Below are positions 48,973-61,155 of a stretch of 64,000 nucleotides of DNA, in pieces. The notes beneath the pieces are model-generated. The model made no database searches, was not told the DNA's origin, and saw nothing but the letters and a program-made list of their open reading frames with translations. Both the position numbers and the translations under genes were made by a program. The first letter of the stretch is position 1, and each line of letters begins with the position of its first letter. The stretch is from Octopus sinensis (taxonomy: Eukaryota), in NCBI RefSeq assembly GCF_006345805.1, contig NC_043014.1:16430001-16494000 (forward strand), given 5' to 3'.

Positions 48973-51439
48973 GCTCAAAGGATCCGCCGGTACGAGAAAC
49001 GCCAACGCTTATTTGAACAGAACAAAAAGTTCAACTCCGACCCCAAAAAGTTCTACCAAGAACTGGGCAAAAATAAAATAGAAGTCACTGCAGCACCAAC
49101 GGCAGAAGAATTGGAAGAATTCTGGAAAGAAATATGGTCGGCGAACGAACAGCCAAAAAAAAGGAGTATGAAAATAACAAACTCGGCATCTGAACAACTT
49201 TGGACCCCCATAACAACTGAAGAGGTCACCCAGGCACTGCAAAAACTAAGCAACTGGAAGGCACCTGGGCATGACAAGATTCCCATCTTCTGGTTGAAAT
49301 ATCTAACAGGAATGCACAAAAAGCTGGCTGAAAACTTTAACAGCATACTAGCAGAGCCAGAGACAATGCCTGAATGGCTCACGAAGGGGAAAACCATCTT
49401 AATTCCCAAATCAAATGAAACAACAAAACCAGAAAACTACAGACCAATAACCTGCCTCCCTACTATGTTCAAGGCATTTACTGCAGTGATATCGCAAAAG
49501 CTGAACAAGCACCTGGACGAAAACAAACTGTTCCCAGAAGAGCAGAAAGGATGCCGCAAGGGCTCATATGGCTGTAAAGATCAACTAATGATTAATAAAG
49601 CCGTAACTGAAGACAGCCACAGAAAGAAAAAGGGCCTCAGTATGGCCTGGATTGACTACAAAAAGGCGTTTGATAGCATCCCCCACACATGGATCCTCGA
49701 AACACTAGCCATGAACAAAGTAGCACCAACAATCATAAAATTCATAGAGCACTCTATGAATAAATGGCAAACAGTCCTACACCTCCAAACAAAAGAGTGA
49801 CTCATGAAAACCAAAGACATCCCCATTAGAAGAGGAATATTCCAGGGAGACACGCTCTCTCCACTCCTTTTCTGCTTGGCACTGTCACCTCTATCTGATA
49901 TGCTAAATAGAACTGGATGCGGATATAAATGTTACGGCAAAACGATCAGCCACCTTTTATATATGGATGACCTAAAACTATACGCTGCAAATGACAAACA
50001 GCTGGAAACACTATTAAAGACAGTTCATGGATTTACCAAAGAAATAGATATGAAATTTGGATTAGAAAAATGCGCCAAAGTAACCATGAAAAGAGCAAAA
50101 CTAGTTAAGAGTAACAACATCACACTAGATAAAACCAATGAAATAAAAGAATTAGACCAAAGCCAAACTTACAAATACTTAGGAATCCATGAACTAGATA
50201 AGACACAACACACACAAATGAAAGAGAAAAAAAAAAGAATATTATAGACGAGTTAGATCAATACTAAAAACAGAGCTCAATGCTAAAACAAGATAATAGG
50301 TATCACACTTTAGCTGTCCCAGTTATAAGTTACAGCTACAATATCCTTAACTGGACACGAAATGAACTGTCCAAAATAGATAGGAAAACAAGAAAAATAC
50401 TGACAGGATCTAGGATGCATCACCCAAAATCTGACATAGAAAGACTATATATACAACGTATAGAAGGTGGTAGAGGCCTTATACAGCTGGAAAACTACTA
50501 TAAAATAACCACCATAGGACTGCAAAAATACCTACTTCAGAAGGAAGGAAAACTGATCCAGATAGCAGCAAAACACGAGCAAAACAAAAAACTGTTCTCA
50601 GTATTTAAGGAAGCTGACAAATACAAACAAGAAATCATACCACCTAATACACACAAAGAAGAAGAAGAAGATGATGAAGATACAACAAAAGCTATAAAAT
50701 AACTGAAATCCAAACTAAAAATAGAACAGCAACGAGCCATGATAAAACGATGGCAAGAAAAACCCCTTCATGGTAAATACTGCACTAAACTAAACGCAAA
50801 AGAAATAGACAAAGAAAAATCCCAGCAATGGTTGAGAAGCTCAGGACTCAAAGCAGAAACAGAGGGATTTTTAATTGCAGCACAAGACCAAAGCCTCCCC
50901 ACCAGAAATTACCAAAAACATGTAATGAAAAGAAATATTACAAGTAGTTGCAGAATATGTGGAGATGGACAAGAAACAATAAATCATATTATCTCTAGCT
51001 GCCCAGTCCTGGCTAAGAAGGAATATATTCACAGACATGACAAAGTTGGAACCTACATACATTGGAAGCTATGTCAACATTATGGAATAGCAACAGAAAA
51101 AAGATGGTATAGGCACACACCAGAAAAGGTCACAGAAAACGAGAAAGCAACCATACTCTGGGATATGCCGATACACACAGATAGAGAAATTAAGGCCAAC
51201 AGACCAGATATAGTTGTCAGAGACCATGAAGAAAAAAGATGCTTTCTAATTGATGTATCAATACCGACTGATGACAACATGTCTCTAAAAGAAATGGAGA
51301 AACTCTCAAAATACAAAGACCTGGAAATAGAGGTAACTAGAATGTGGAATCTGAAAACAAAAACAATTCCTATCATAGTAGGTGCATTAGGCATGATAAA
51401 AAAATATTCAGACAAATACATAACAAAAACATAAAACTA

Positions 51440-51442
<3 letters not shown>
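48973..51442 (+). mobile_element. R4/Dong-clade non-LTR retrotransposon (RT + CCHC + REL), 5'-truncated and inactivated
   Basis: NWKAPGHD, YRPITCL, WIDYKKAFDSIPH, GIFQGDTLSP, YMDDLK, then CCHC and PD-(D/E)xK. Stops at about 49798 and 50700 and frameshifts at about 50230 and 50290; flanked by (AAT)n. Confidence 0.92.
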
Positions 51443-51524
<82 letters not shown>

Positions 51525-51528
51525 AGAA

Positions 51529-52132
51529 GAAGCTCAGGACTCAAAGCAGAGACAGAGGGATTTTTAATTGCAGCACAACACCAAAGCCTCCCCACCAGAA
51601 ATTACCAAAAGCATGTAATGAAAAGAAATATTACAAGTAACTGCAGAATATGTGGAGATGGACAAGAAACAATAAATCATATTATCTCTAGCTGCCCAGT
51701 CCTGGCTAAGAAGGAATATATTCACAGACATGACAAAGTTGGAACCTACATACATTGGAAGCTATGTCAACATTATGGAATAACAACAGAAAAAAGATGG
51801 TATAGGCACACACCAGAAAAGGTCACAGAAAACGAGAAAGCAACCATACTCTGGGATATGCCGATAAACACAGATAGAGAAATTAAGGCAAATAGACCAG
51901 ATATAGTTGTCAGAGACCATGAAGAAAAAAAATGCTTTCTAACTGATGTATCAATACCGGCTGATGACAACGTGTCTCTAAAAGAAATGGAGAAACTCTC
52001 AAAATACAAAGACCTGGAAATAGAGGTAACTAGAATGTGGAATCTGAAAACAGAAACAATTCCTATCATAGTAGGTGCATTAGGCATGATAAAAAAATAT
52101 TCAGACAAATACATAACAAAAACATAAAACTA

Positions 52133-52135
<3 letters not shown>
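51529..52135 (+). mobile_element. Short R4/Dong-type unit 2
   Basis: Same 5' junction (gaa)n-gctcaggactc and same 3' end taaaactactg(aat)n; open 169-aa ORF. Confidence 0.9.
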
Positions 52136-52185
<50 letters not shown>

Positions 52186-52221
52186 TAATAATAATAATAA
52201 GAAGAAGAAGAAGAAGAAGAA

Positions 52222-52825
52222 GAAGCTCAGGACTCAAAGCAGAGTCAGAGGGATTTTTAATTGCAGCACAAGACCAAAGCCTCCCCACCAGAAATTACCA
52301 AAAACATGTAAAGAAAAGAAATATTACAAGTAACTGCAGAATATGTGGAGATGGACAAGGAACAATAAATCATATTATCTCTAGCTGCCCAGTCCTGGCT
52401 AAGAAGGAATATATTCACAGACATGACAAAGTTGGAACCTACATACACTGGAAGCTATGTCAACATTATGGAATAACAACAGAAAAAAAATGGTATAGGC
52501 ACACACCAGAAAATGTCACAGAAAACGAGAAAGCAACCATACTCTGGGATATGCCGATACACACAGATAGAGAAATTAAGGCCAACATACCAGATATAGT
52601 TGTCAGAGACCATGAAGAAAAAAAATGCTTTCTAATTGATGTATCAATACCGGCTGATGACAACGTGTCTCTAAAAGAAATGGAGAAACTCTCAAAATAC
52701 AAAGACCTGGAAATAGAGGTAACTAGAATGTGGAATCTGAAAACAGAAACAATTCCTATCATAGTAGGTGCATTAGGCATGATAAAAAAATATTCAGACA
52801 AATACATAACAAAAACATAAAACTA

Positions 52826-52828
<3 letters not shown>
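52222..52828 (+). mobile_element. Short R4/Dong-type unit 3
   Basis: As unit 2; the ATG codons of the zinc-knuckle ORF are mutated. Confidence 0.9.
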
Positions 52829-52888
<60 letters not shown>

Positions 52889-52894
<6 letters not shown>

Positions 52895-52990
52895 AGAGTT
52901 AGACCCAGCGGAGAGCTACAAGTAGCTGGGGGTAATTGAAGGGGACGGAATAAGGCATTCAGTGATGAAGGAAAGGATCAGGAGAGAATG
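52889..52990 (+). mobile_element. Small RT-thumb fragment of a related R4-type family
   Basis: KELDPAESYK*LGVIEGDGIRHSVMKERIRRE parallels KELDQSQTYKYLGIHE…QMKEK in the long copy. Confidence 0.55.
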
Positions 52991-53414
52991 CTTCATACTG
53001 ATTTACAGGCAACATTTTTCGTCGCCAGTAAAGATTCGGTAAAGAAATCGTTGCTTGTGTACATGAATTGAGCGGTGACGAGCAAGCATTTTTGAACTTG
53101 GCATACCAATCAGGAGCGGTTCTTTCAACTATAGCACCCTCTCCATACACAGCACAAATGTCGCGAGCAGCTTTTGCGGCCTTTGAGCCTGATTTAAAGC
53201 AAAAAGAAGGAGGTGTCGAAAATGCTCGTTTTTCTTAACTTGACATTCCATTTTAATGATCTGAAAATAAACAAAAATTAACTAAAATTAACTAGAAAAA
53301 AAAACAAAACAAAATAAATTCCAAAAGGATTCCAAAATAGAATTCTCAAAAACAATAGATTCGCAATAATTACCAAAATTTAAAAAACGGCGGGAACTTA
53401 GTTGCCAACCCAAT
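52991..53414 (-). mobile_element. Mariner transposon, 5' part with an internal deletion
   Basis: Terminal repeat attgggttggcaactaagt; ATG at 53251, MECQVKKNEHFRHLLLF…VYGEGAIVERTAPDWYAKFKN fused to QRFLYRIFTGDEK. Confidence 0.85.
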
Positions 53415-53521
53415 ATATGAATAAATGTTTAATATATTTGTAAGCATACACTATATGTATATGAAGATGAAGTTGCGTACATATATACGTATGTGTGTGG
53501 GCATATTTATACATGTATGTG

Positions 53522-53555
<34 letters not shown>

Positions 53556-53629
53556 TGTATGTATATGCGTTTGTAAGTGTAGAGCTGTGTAGAGCATGTA
53601 AATGCAAGTATATGCCTTGTGTGTGTATG

Positions 53630-53665
<36 letters not shown>

Positions 53666-54771
53666 ATCCAAACATGAAAGAACAAAAGAAAAACACAACA
53701 ACGCGAGAACGTCGAAAAAATGTAGTATTATTGGACGCTCAGGAAAGAAGGAAAGAAGGAGGGTTTAACGTTTGTGTGTGTGTGTGGTGTTCAAGAAAAG
53801 GGATTCAAGGAATCAAAACCAAAAGAGGTTCCCAATGTATGTGTATATGTGTGTGCACGTATCTTTTCGTTTGTGTTTGTCCCCACTCCATTTCACCGCT
53901 CGACCGGCTGGTGTTGTTTTGTTTACGTCCCCATAACCTAACTGTTCAGTAAAGACAACCCGATTGAAAAAGTAGCAAGCTTTAAAAATGTGTACTGGAG
54001 TCACTTTATTCACGTAAACCCTTCAAAGCGGTGCACCAGCATGGCTACAGTCCCAATGACTGGGGAAAAAAAGAATATTTGTAAATTCTATTCTATTCAA
54101 TAAAGTGTTATAACAATACAGAATACGGCGAGTTTCCAGAATCGTTACTCTGTCGCACAAAATGCTTAGCAGCATTTATTCCGGCTTTCTACGTTCCGAG
54201 TTCAAAGACTTTGCCTTTCATCCTTTCGGGGTCAATAAAAACAGGTACCAGTTGAGCACTGAGGGCCATGTAATCGACTTACTGCTTTCCCCTAAGATAG
54301 CTGGTGTTGAGCCTCTCTCTCTCCGTTATTCAATCCCACGCACCATCACCCCGCCATTGCCGCCGCCGCTGCCACTACCACCACCATGTCACTGTTTCCC
54401 TATTCACACATAAACACATGACATAAGGCCGTTCTCCATCCTCCAACACTGCTTAAACTCTGTGTGTGTGTGTGTGTGTGTGTGTGCGCACGCGTGTCTG
54501 CCTGTGTGTGTGACTCTGGGAGGAGGAGGAGGGGGATGAAACCGGGTGGAGGGGAGAGAGAGGGAGAAGTTACTTTTTACCGAGAAGGGTGAGAGAGAAG
54601 GGACCTGCTTTCACACTTAGGACGGTCCGCGCAGGATTAAGACAATCTACATCAAAACTTAACCCCTTTTGGAATTTAAATCCTTACGAAAAAAAAAAAC
54701 TTACTTCTCTTGTATATATATATATATTAGTAGTATATATTTATTGCATATTGTATATATAATAATATACT

Positions 54772-54841
<70 letters not shown>

Positions 54842-55780
54842 CATATATATATATATATATACATACACTGGATTGGAAAAAACTCATTTCTCTGAAAAAA
54901 AAAAATTATCTTTTTGGATAATTTTGCCTTTTACACTCACGTATGTATATCAATTACTTTTACTACACACTTAATTGAGGATATTAATTAATTTATAACA
55001 CACACACACACATAAAGAATCTATCACCTTTTCATTGCTGTGTTTTAAAAAAACTGCAGAAAAGTTATATATTTTCTATATGTGTTTGTATATTAATTAC
55101 AGATATGTAAGTTGATCATATAGACCCCAGTGTTTCACTGGTACTTAATTTATTGATCCCTGAAAGGATGAAGGGCAAAGTTGACCTCAACGGAATTTGA
55201 ACTCGAAATGGAGCAATGGAAGAAGTGATTGCAGAGCAAAAAGTTTTGCCCCAGAAAACAACACACACCACCAGTCTAGGAATTGAAACCACCACCTCAT
55301 AATTGTGAGTGCAACATCCTAACCACTAAGCCATGGAGTGGAGCACTCAGGTACTTACCAGCCCGTTAATTCCACAAGCCAGCTTGTCGTATATTCGCAC
55401 CATTTACCCAGGTTGTTTGTGATCTGGTCTCATTTTATTGTTTGTCTCCTTCACTGCCCTTTGCATTTGCTCACTCAAACCCCTGCAGTCCTTTTGCTGC
55501 TGTTGACACCCCCAAAATAATCTTATCAGTAAAGGTGCAAAATTATGATTTTTCAATGAGAACCGATGAGGGATGAGCATGTCCACATGGTGTGTAAGAA
55601 TTTTCCTGGGATCCTTTGTCGTACTTCTGTGCAAAATTTTAATCACACCAAGCACACACATATATATATATTCAAGACAAGGTATAAATAACGGCCATTA
55701 CCTATTTCTCTATACTGTAGTTAACCTGACTTGCAGCTGTTTCCAGTAGCAATTATAGGTTCGTTATTGGCAGGTTTACA

Positions 55781-55991
55781 GGCGAGCTGGCAGAAACGTT
55801 AGCACGCCGGGCGAAATGCGTAGCCGTATTTCGTCTGCCGTTACGTTCTGGGTTCAAATTCCGCTGAAGTCGACTTTGCCTTTTATCCTTTCGGGGTCGA
55901 TAAATTAAGTACCAATTACGCACTGGGGTCGATGTAATCGACTTAATCCCTTTGTCTGTTCTTGTTTAGCCCCTTGTGGGTAATAAAGAAA
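55781..55991 (+). mobile_element. SINE family B, near full-length reference copy
   Basis: ggcgagctggcagaaacgttagc (A box), gggttcaaattcc (B box), tail ccccttgtgggtaataaagaaa. Other copies at about 26640-27530, 40130-41190, 54130, 55110, 58470 and 61470. Confidence 0.87.
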
Positions 55992-56759
55992 CATATTGGC
56001 AGGTTTACTCAGTCGGCTCATCGACCAGTTGGGAAATGTTGAATGACCTAAAATGCTACTTCCATCAGAACCATGATGAACAATAACCTTGGACCCTGCC
56101 ACAAGAATACACAAAGTTCTTTATCAATCTAAACCACGGTGTTTGCCTGGTTTACAAACAGAAAGCATGGATTGATAATCTCTCACAAATAATCCCTCTC
56201 TCTCTCTACACACACATACATGTATACACATAGACCAGCGGGATGTATATATATATATATATATAAAGGTAAGTAGAGTTTGCTCCAGCATGGCCACAGT
56301 CAAATGACTGAAACAAGTAAAAGAGTAAAAAAGAAAGTAAAAGATATATATATATATATACACACACACATAATGCATTGCCGAATCTAGAAATTGAACC
56401 TATGATTGCTAGATATGAATGTACCATTCTAACCACTATACCAAACACCTTCACATATATACACATACATATAGAATTTGCATGTATAGATATATGGATA
56501 TATATGTGTGTGTGTGTGTCTGATATATTCTTTAATTTGTTTTTCGTCATTTGACGGCGGCCATACTGGAGCACCACCTTGAAGGGTTTTTTAGTGGAAC
56601 AAATCGAACCCCGCCTTCTCGCCGGACTTATTCTGTTGGTCTCTTTTGCTGAACTGCTAAGTTACAGCAATGTAGACACACCAACAATGTCAAGCAGTGA
56701 TGGAGAAACAAACACCAGCACAAAGATGCAAATATATGCATAATTATATACATAAACAT

Positions 56760-57240
56760 GGGATGAGGTGGTGAAGCATGGCCTTCGAATGTTGGGCCTC
56801 ACAGAGGCAAATGACAAGCAACCGAGACCCTTTGGAGATATGCTTGAGAAGACCTGGCAAGCTAAGCGAGATCGTAGCCAAAGCTGATGCCAGTGTTGCG
56901 TTACCAGCCCATTGAAAAGAGCCCTTCAGTCATTGGGCAGTATGCTGTGCTTGAGAAGACCTATTGAGTGAAGTGAAATCGTAGTTGTGGCCCAAGCCAG
57001 TGCCGCCTGACTGGCTCCTGTGCCAGTGGTACGTAAAAAGCACCATTTGAGTGTGGCTATTGGCAGTACCACCTGACTGGCCTCCGTGCCGGTGGAACAT
57101 ATAGTGGCTGGTGTTAGGAAGAGCATTCTGCTGTAGAAACCTGACTGGATCAGATTGGAGCCTGGCTGTCCTCGGTCAAACTGTGCGACCCATGCCAGCA
57201 TGGAAAGCATGTTAAACATTGATGATGATGATGATGATAT
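56760..57240 (+). mobile_element. RTE LINE 3' end (ORF2 C-terminus + family C 3' UTR)
   Basis: EVVKHGLRMLGLTEANDKHRDPWRYA-like RTE C-terminus leads into family C sequence and the (gat)n tail. Confidence 0.65.
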
Positions 57241-57817
57241 ACGATGTGCTTCTTTCAGTTTCTGTCTACCAAATCCATTTACAAGTCTTTGGTCGGCTCG
57301 AGGCTATAGTAGAAGACACTTGCCCAAGGTGCCACGCAGTGGGACTGAACCCAGAACCATGTGGTTGAGAAGCAAGCTTCTTACCACACAGCCACGCCTG
57401 CACCTATATATATATATTTTATATATACACACACATATATATGCTAGCATGTATGTGGACTAAGTCATCTCATCCAAACAAGTTAGTAGACACTTAGTCT
57501 TCCACACACACACACGCAAGATGCTTTCTACTGATATGCACGTGTGTATGTGTATACATCTATATACACACACACACACGCATATATATTTGACCATTAA
57601 GTTGGTGCGGGCTCACGTACCATACAAACATATATAGTGTGTGCATACATGTATATATATGTGAGTGTGTATGTATATATATATGTATGTGTGTGTGTGT
57701 GTATTTATATATCTATATCTACTCACTACTACGATTTTATAAACAATATCGGATTAATACTTTTGATCTCAAAATGTATTTAGAAAGCTATAATGTTTAT
57801 TGTTCATGTATGTAGCA

Positions 57818-58073
57818 ATCTTTCGTCTCTAGTAGACCTTTCCGTCGATTTCCGTAAAAAAATATTTTTTTTACATATGGGCTTGCGGGAACTTTTGAAG
57901 TAATGAGAGCGAAAGAAACTAAGAGAAAGCGATTGTATGACGAGGGAAGTTCTTTTGAAGTTACCGTGCATGGGAGCATTGATGTACATGTGTGTGTGTG
58001 TGTGTTTGATGGGGCGTGGGAGACATACAGTATGTTGTGTAATCGACGGAAAGGTCTACTAGAGACGAAAGAT
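57818..58073. mobile_element. MITE-like element with perfect 33-bp inverted repeats
   Basis: atctttcgtctctagtagacctttccgtcgatt (57818-57850) and its exact reverse complement (58041-58073); no TSD seen. Confidence 0.7.
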
Positions 58074-58138
58074 CACCCATGTAGGTATGTGTGTGTGTGT
58101 GTCTCTATCTATATATATATATATATATATATATCTCC

Positions 58139-58182
<44 letters not shown>

Positions 58183-58184
58183 GG

Positions 58185-58229
<45 letters not shown>

Positions 58230-59067
58230 AACACTTAGTATAAGTGACGTTGAATCATTATATTTTCCCTTACTCAGAGAAAGCCTAAATAAATAATATA
58301 ACCTAAGAGAAAGCTTAAGGTAGAATAAACAGAAAACCGCGACTGATGTAGCAATAGCCATTTTAGCCATTTTGAAATGTGGCGCGAATTGGCACTATGA
58401 CGTAATGTCTTTGCTGAAGGATTATCATTTTAGTTTTATTCCATTGGTTAATATAACTTGCTCATATATATTTCGTCGGGCGAAATGCGTAGCCGTATTT
58501 CGTCTGCCGTTACGTTCTGAGTTCAAATTCCGTCGAGGTCGACTTTGCCTTTCATCCTTTCGGGGTCGATAAATTAAGTACCAGTTACGCACTGGGTCGA
58601 TGTAATCGACTTAATCCCTTTGTCTGTCCTTGTTTGTCCCCTCTGTGTTTAGCCCCTTGTGGGTAGTAAAGAAATATCTATAAAGATTCTAGAAGTTTCG
58701 AAAAGAATATCTGTCATGAATTTCGATTCTTTTAGAATCTTTATATAAGCAAGTTATATTAACCAATGGAAATAGGAATTACAAACATGCTTTCTTGCAG
58801 CTCCGAGGGTTTTTAATTCTTATTTCTAGCGATATAGGTGCTACTCGCCCCCCCCCCCTCGGTTACCTGCACTTTGAATGGATATATATATATATATACA
58901 TACATACATATACACACACACACTGGTATGTGTATGTGTACATAGACCTATATAGACACAACCTGCCACTCCCCCCTATTAGAACCTGACTGTATTGCTT
59001 AATACACAGGGGACAGGCACCTCCCCCTCACCCACCACCTCCAACCCCCACCTACCCCACCCACTCT

Positions 59068-59114
<47 letters not shown>

Positions 59115-59181
59115 ACCTATTACAGGTTCAGCCTCTTTGTTTTATTAGCATCCGTATGTTGTTAACGTGTTTATATATATT

Positions 59182-59615
59182 GTGCCGGTGGCACATAAAA
59201 AGCACCATCCGAACGTGGTCGTTGCCAGTGCCGCCTTGACTGGCTTCTGTGCCGGTGGCACATAAAAAGCACCGTCCGAACGTGGCCGATGCCAGCGCCG
59301 CCTTGGCTGGCTTCTGTGCCGGTGGCACATAAAAAGCACCGTCCGAACGTGGCCGATGCCAGCGACCCCTTGGCTGGCTTCGGTGCCGGTGGCACGTTAA
59401 AAGCACCAACCGATCGTGGCCGATGCCAGACTCCCCTGGCACGTAAAAAGCACCCACTACACTCGCGGAGTGGTTGGCGTTAGGAAGGGCATCAAGCTGT
59501 AGAAATACTGCCAGATCAGACTAGAACCTGATGCAGCTCCTGGCTTCCCAGACCCCGGTCGAACCGTCCAACCCGTGCTAGCGCGGAAAACGGACGTTAA
59601 ACGATGATGATGATA
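59182..59615 (+). mobile_element. Family C RTE-type 3' end with a 67-bp x about 4 tandem array
   Basis: Units start at 59182, 59249, 59316 and 59383, each opening with a GTGCC-GGT-GGCAC hairpin; (gat)n tail. Confidence 0.85.
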
Positions 59616-59809
59616 TATATATAGTGTGTGCGTGTATACACACTCATCTTTCTACAGTTTCTACACACCATTAACCAGCTTCCTTGGCACAGTTCCACAC
59701 TGGCCTCCATGCCCTTTCACCCTTTCCTATTTGTCTGTCTGTGTGTCCTCCTCCCGATTGTGTTTCTATTTGCTTCTGTGCGCATGTGTGTGTAACTATG
59801 CCCCCACCC

Positions 59810-59930
<121 letters not shown>

Positions 59931-60076
59931 GTATATATATACATGTACGCACACACTCACCAACATTGTTCTGGAAGTTGAGGCCAAATCTTCTACACCT
60001 TAGTTGCATATAAAGTGTATGTGTGTGTGTGTGTTGTATATATGTATGTATAAGTATAAGCATACACAAGACGCTT

Positions 60077-60102
<26 letters not shown>

Positions 60103-60107
<5 letters not shown>

Positions 60108-60329
60108 CTTTATTTTAAGCAGCAGAAAATTCAACAAAATCTGTTACTCTGAGTTTCTCGTTGCCGTTCATCAGACAGTTTTTGCTAGAATGGAACTTAT
60201 ATATTAATTCAATCTTAGATTGAATTAATATATAAGTTCCATTCTAGCAAAAACTGTCTGATGAACGGCAACGAGAAACTCAGTGTAACAGATTTTGTTG
60301 AATTTTCTGCTGCTTAAAATAAAGCATAT
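60103..60329. ncRNA. 227-bp near-perfect palindrome with two hammerhead-like motifs (family H1; 60141-60178 minus, 60254-60291 plus)
   Basis: Centre at 60216 (1-nt spacer). The minus arm reads CTGT-CTGATGA-ACG(GCAA)CGA-GAAAC-TCAGA-GT-A-ACAG. Confidence 0.65.
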
Positions 60330-60419
60330 TACTCTACCACTGGTATTTGAGTACTCTTTTTTCCACCTTGTTTCACATTTATGTGTTTACTCCGGTATAT
60401 ATATATATATACATATATA

Positions 60420-61155
60420 TACTCTTTACTCTTTTACTTGTTTCAGTCATTTGACTGCGGCCATGCTGGAGCACCGCCTTTAGTCGAGCAAATCGACCCT
60501 GGGACTTATTCTATCGGTCTCTTTTGCTGAACCGCTAAGTGACGGGGACGTAAACACACCAGCATCGGTTGTCAAGCAATGCTAGGGGGACAAACACAGA
60601 CACACAAACATATATACAACAGGCTTCTTTCAGTTTCTGTCTACCAAATCCACTCACAAGGTTTTGGTCGGCCCGAGGCTATAGCAGAAGATACTTGCCC
60701 AAGATGCCACGCAGTGAGACTGAACCTGGAACCATATGGTTGGTAAGCAAGCTAGTTACCACACAGCCACTCATATATATATATATACACACACATATAT
60801 AGTGGCTGTGTGGTAAGTAGCTTGCTTCCCAACCACTTGGTTCTGGGTTCAGTTCCACTGCTGGGCACCTTGAGCAAGAGTCCTCTACTATAGCCTTGGA
60901 CCGACCAAAGCCTTGTAAGTGGATTTGGTAGACAGAAACTGAAAGAAGCCTGTTGTATATATATATATGTTTGTGTGTGTGTGTGTGTGTCGCTTGACAA
61001 CCAATGTTGGTGTGTTTACGTTGCTGTAACTTAGCGGTTTGGCAAAAGGGTTTGATAGAATTAGTACTAGGCCAAAGAATATGTCCTGGAGTCAATTCGT
61101 TTGACTAAAGGCGGTGCTCCAGCATGGCTGCAGTCAGATGACTGAAGTAAAAGAG
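60420..61155. mobile_element. Head-to-head pair of SINE family A copies
   Basis: Minus copy at about 60420-60770 and plus copy at about 60800-61155, with about 30 bp between the heads. Confidence 0.85.

Noticed and set aside
59182-59445. 67-bp hairpin-containing array resembling CRISPR
   Set aside because: Units are near-identical along their whole length with no unique spacers, there are no cas genes, and the array sits in a eukaryotic retroelement 3' end.
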